Assembly: GCA_964422025.1 (NCBI GenBank)
Contig: CAYQYZ010000003.1
Coordinates: 4,280 to 68,279 of the forward strand
Source of the DNA: an uncultured Gammaproteobacteria bacterium
GTDB taxonomy: Bacteria > Patescibacteriota > Microgenomatia > UBA1406 > HO2-37-13b
Direction of reading: 5' to 3'
DNA: 64,000 nucleotides
Part shown: positions 63,323 through 64,000 of the stretch, piece after piece
How positions within the stretch are numbered: the first letter of the stretch is position 1
How the letters are laid out: every line of letters begins with the position of its first letter
Notes under the pieces: generated by a model
What the model saw: only the letters and a program-made list of their open reading frames with translations
The model's database searches: none
Told to the model about the DNA's origin: nothing
Translations under genes and position numbers: made by a program

Positions 63323-63894
63323 ATACAAAAGAATTAATTTTAAAATTGACTCAAGATAAAAAAGTAAAGGATTATTCATATGCAATTTTGTTTTTTGCAA
63401 TTTCATCATTCTTTGCGTGGTTTGTTATTAAACCGGTTCTAGGAATTGCATTTTCGTTGGATCGACAAAAAAAAGATTTGGTAACGGTTGATGCGGTATA
63501 TGAAAAGAATTTGAATGAACTCATCGATACACAATCTAAGCTTGAGCTGATACGAGATCGAGTAGATCTATTAGATCAAGCGTTGCCCGAAGGTCCTCAC
63601 ACGCAAAGCGTTTTAATTTCTATGCAAAATGCTGCAGTAAAAACGGGTGTTCGTATGACCAATGTGGGTATCGCCCGAATCAATTTGAAAACAAACGGAA
63701 AAACACCAGAAACATTTAGTGTAAATACGCAAATTGATGGATCGTTTGGACAAGCTCAGGCATTTGTTCGAGAATTATTAAATCAGCGAAGAATAAAGAC
63801 AATTAAAAATTTGCACATGGTAAGTATTAGTGCTACAGCAGAATCGGCGTCATCAGTGCGACTTGATATTGTTGTAGACTTTGCGTATTTATAA
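63319..63894 (+). CDS. PilO-like type IV pilus assembly protein
   Basis: TM helix, coiled coil and a C-terminal alpha/beta region. The start overlaps the PilN-like gene by 4 nt. Confidence 0.35.
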   Translation: MNTKELILKLTQDKKVKDYSYAILFFAISSFFAWFVIKPVLGIAFSLDRQKKDLVTVDAVYEKNLNELIDTQSKLELIRDRVDLLDQALPEGPHTQSVLISMQNAAVKTGVRMTNVGIARINLKTNGKTPETFSVNTQIDGSFGQAQAFVRELLNQRRIKTIKNLHMVSISATAESASSVRLDIVVDFAYL

Positions 63895-63895
63895 T

Positions 63896-64000
63896 ATGAG
63901 ACAAAAAGAATTATTAATCATTTCAGTCACCGTGTTTATTACCATCATTACATGGATTATTGCTGATATTTATCATATTAGTACCACACAGAAAATTGCT
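63896..64000 (+). CDS. hypothetical membrane protein (3' end cut by window edge)
   Basis: MRQKELLIISVTVFITIITWIIADIY... The frame is open to the window end, and the gene starts 1 nt after the previous stop. Confidence 0.35.
   Translation, partial: MRQKELLIISVTVFITIITWIIADIYHISTTQKIA

Overview
This is a gene-dense, low-GC bacterial window read with the standard code: TGA, TAG and TAA all terminate long ORFs. I recognised no rRNA, tRNA, CRISPR array, integrase or transposase. The gene content looks like a small-genome Patescibacteria/CPR-type organism, but that is inference only. It rests on many small hypothetical and membrane proteins, an archaeal-type AMP-phosphorylase-like DeoA, PilN/PilO-like genes and a short HrcA. 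The window falls into three parts. (1) Positions 1-13 kb form an accessory, defence-island-like block. A repeat-packed intergenic region (an AACGGT/ACCGTT hexamer array plus hairpin repeats) precedes a type I-like R-M operon (HsdR, then a fused HsdM-HsdS). Two extra unknown genes are tightly coupled to that operon: a Zn-ribbon protein and a helical protein with an RX5H HEPN-like motif. After them come a PD-(D/E)xK-motif protein, a double B-box zinc-finger protein, a DUF2779-type dual nuclease, a membrane-anchored trypsin-like protease and a membrane-anchored stand-alone FtsK-gamma domain. (2) Positions 13-47 kb hold small detoxification and house-cleaning enzymes, thiol-redox pairs, HAD hydrolases, large secreted repeat proteins and Cys-rich secreted proteins. 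(3) Positions 43-64 kb are core housekeeping: typA, efp, hrcA-grpE-dnaK-dnaJ with a CIRCE-like operator, rpsO-pnp, ftsK, mltG, murJ and rpsT. Window-wide, many genes have a -10-like hexamer 5-7 nt upstream of the ATG and no Shine-Dalgarno sequence. I read this as leaderless transcription and used it to refine several start sites. All functional calls come from motif recognition by eye. No database search was run.
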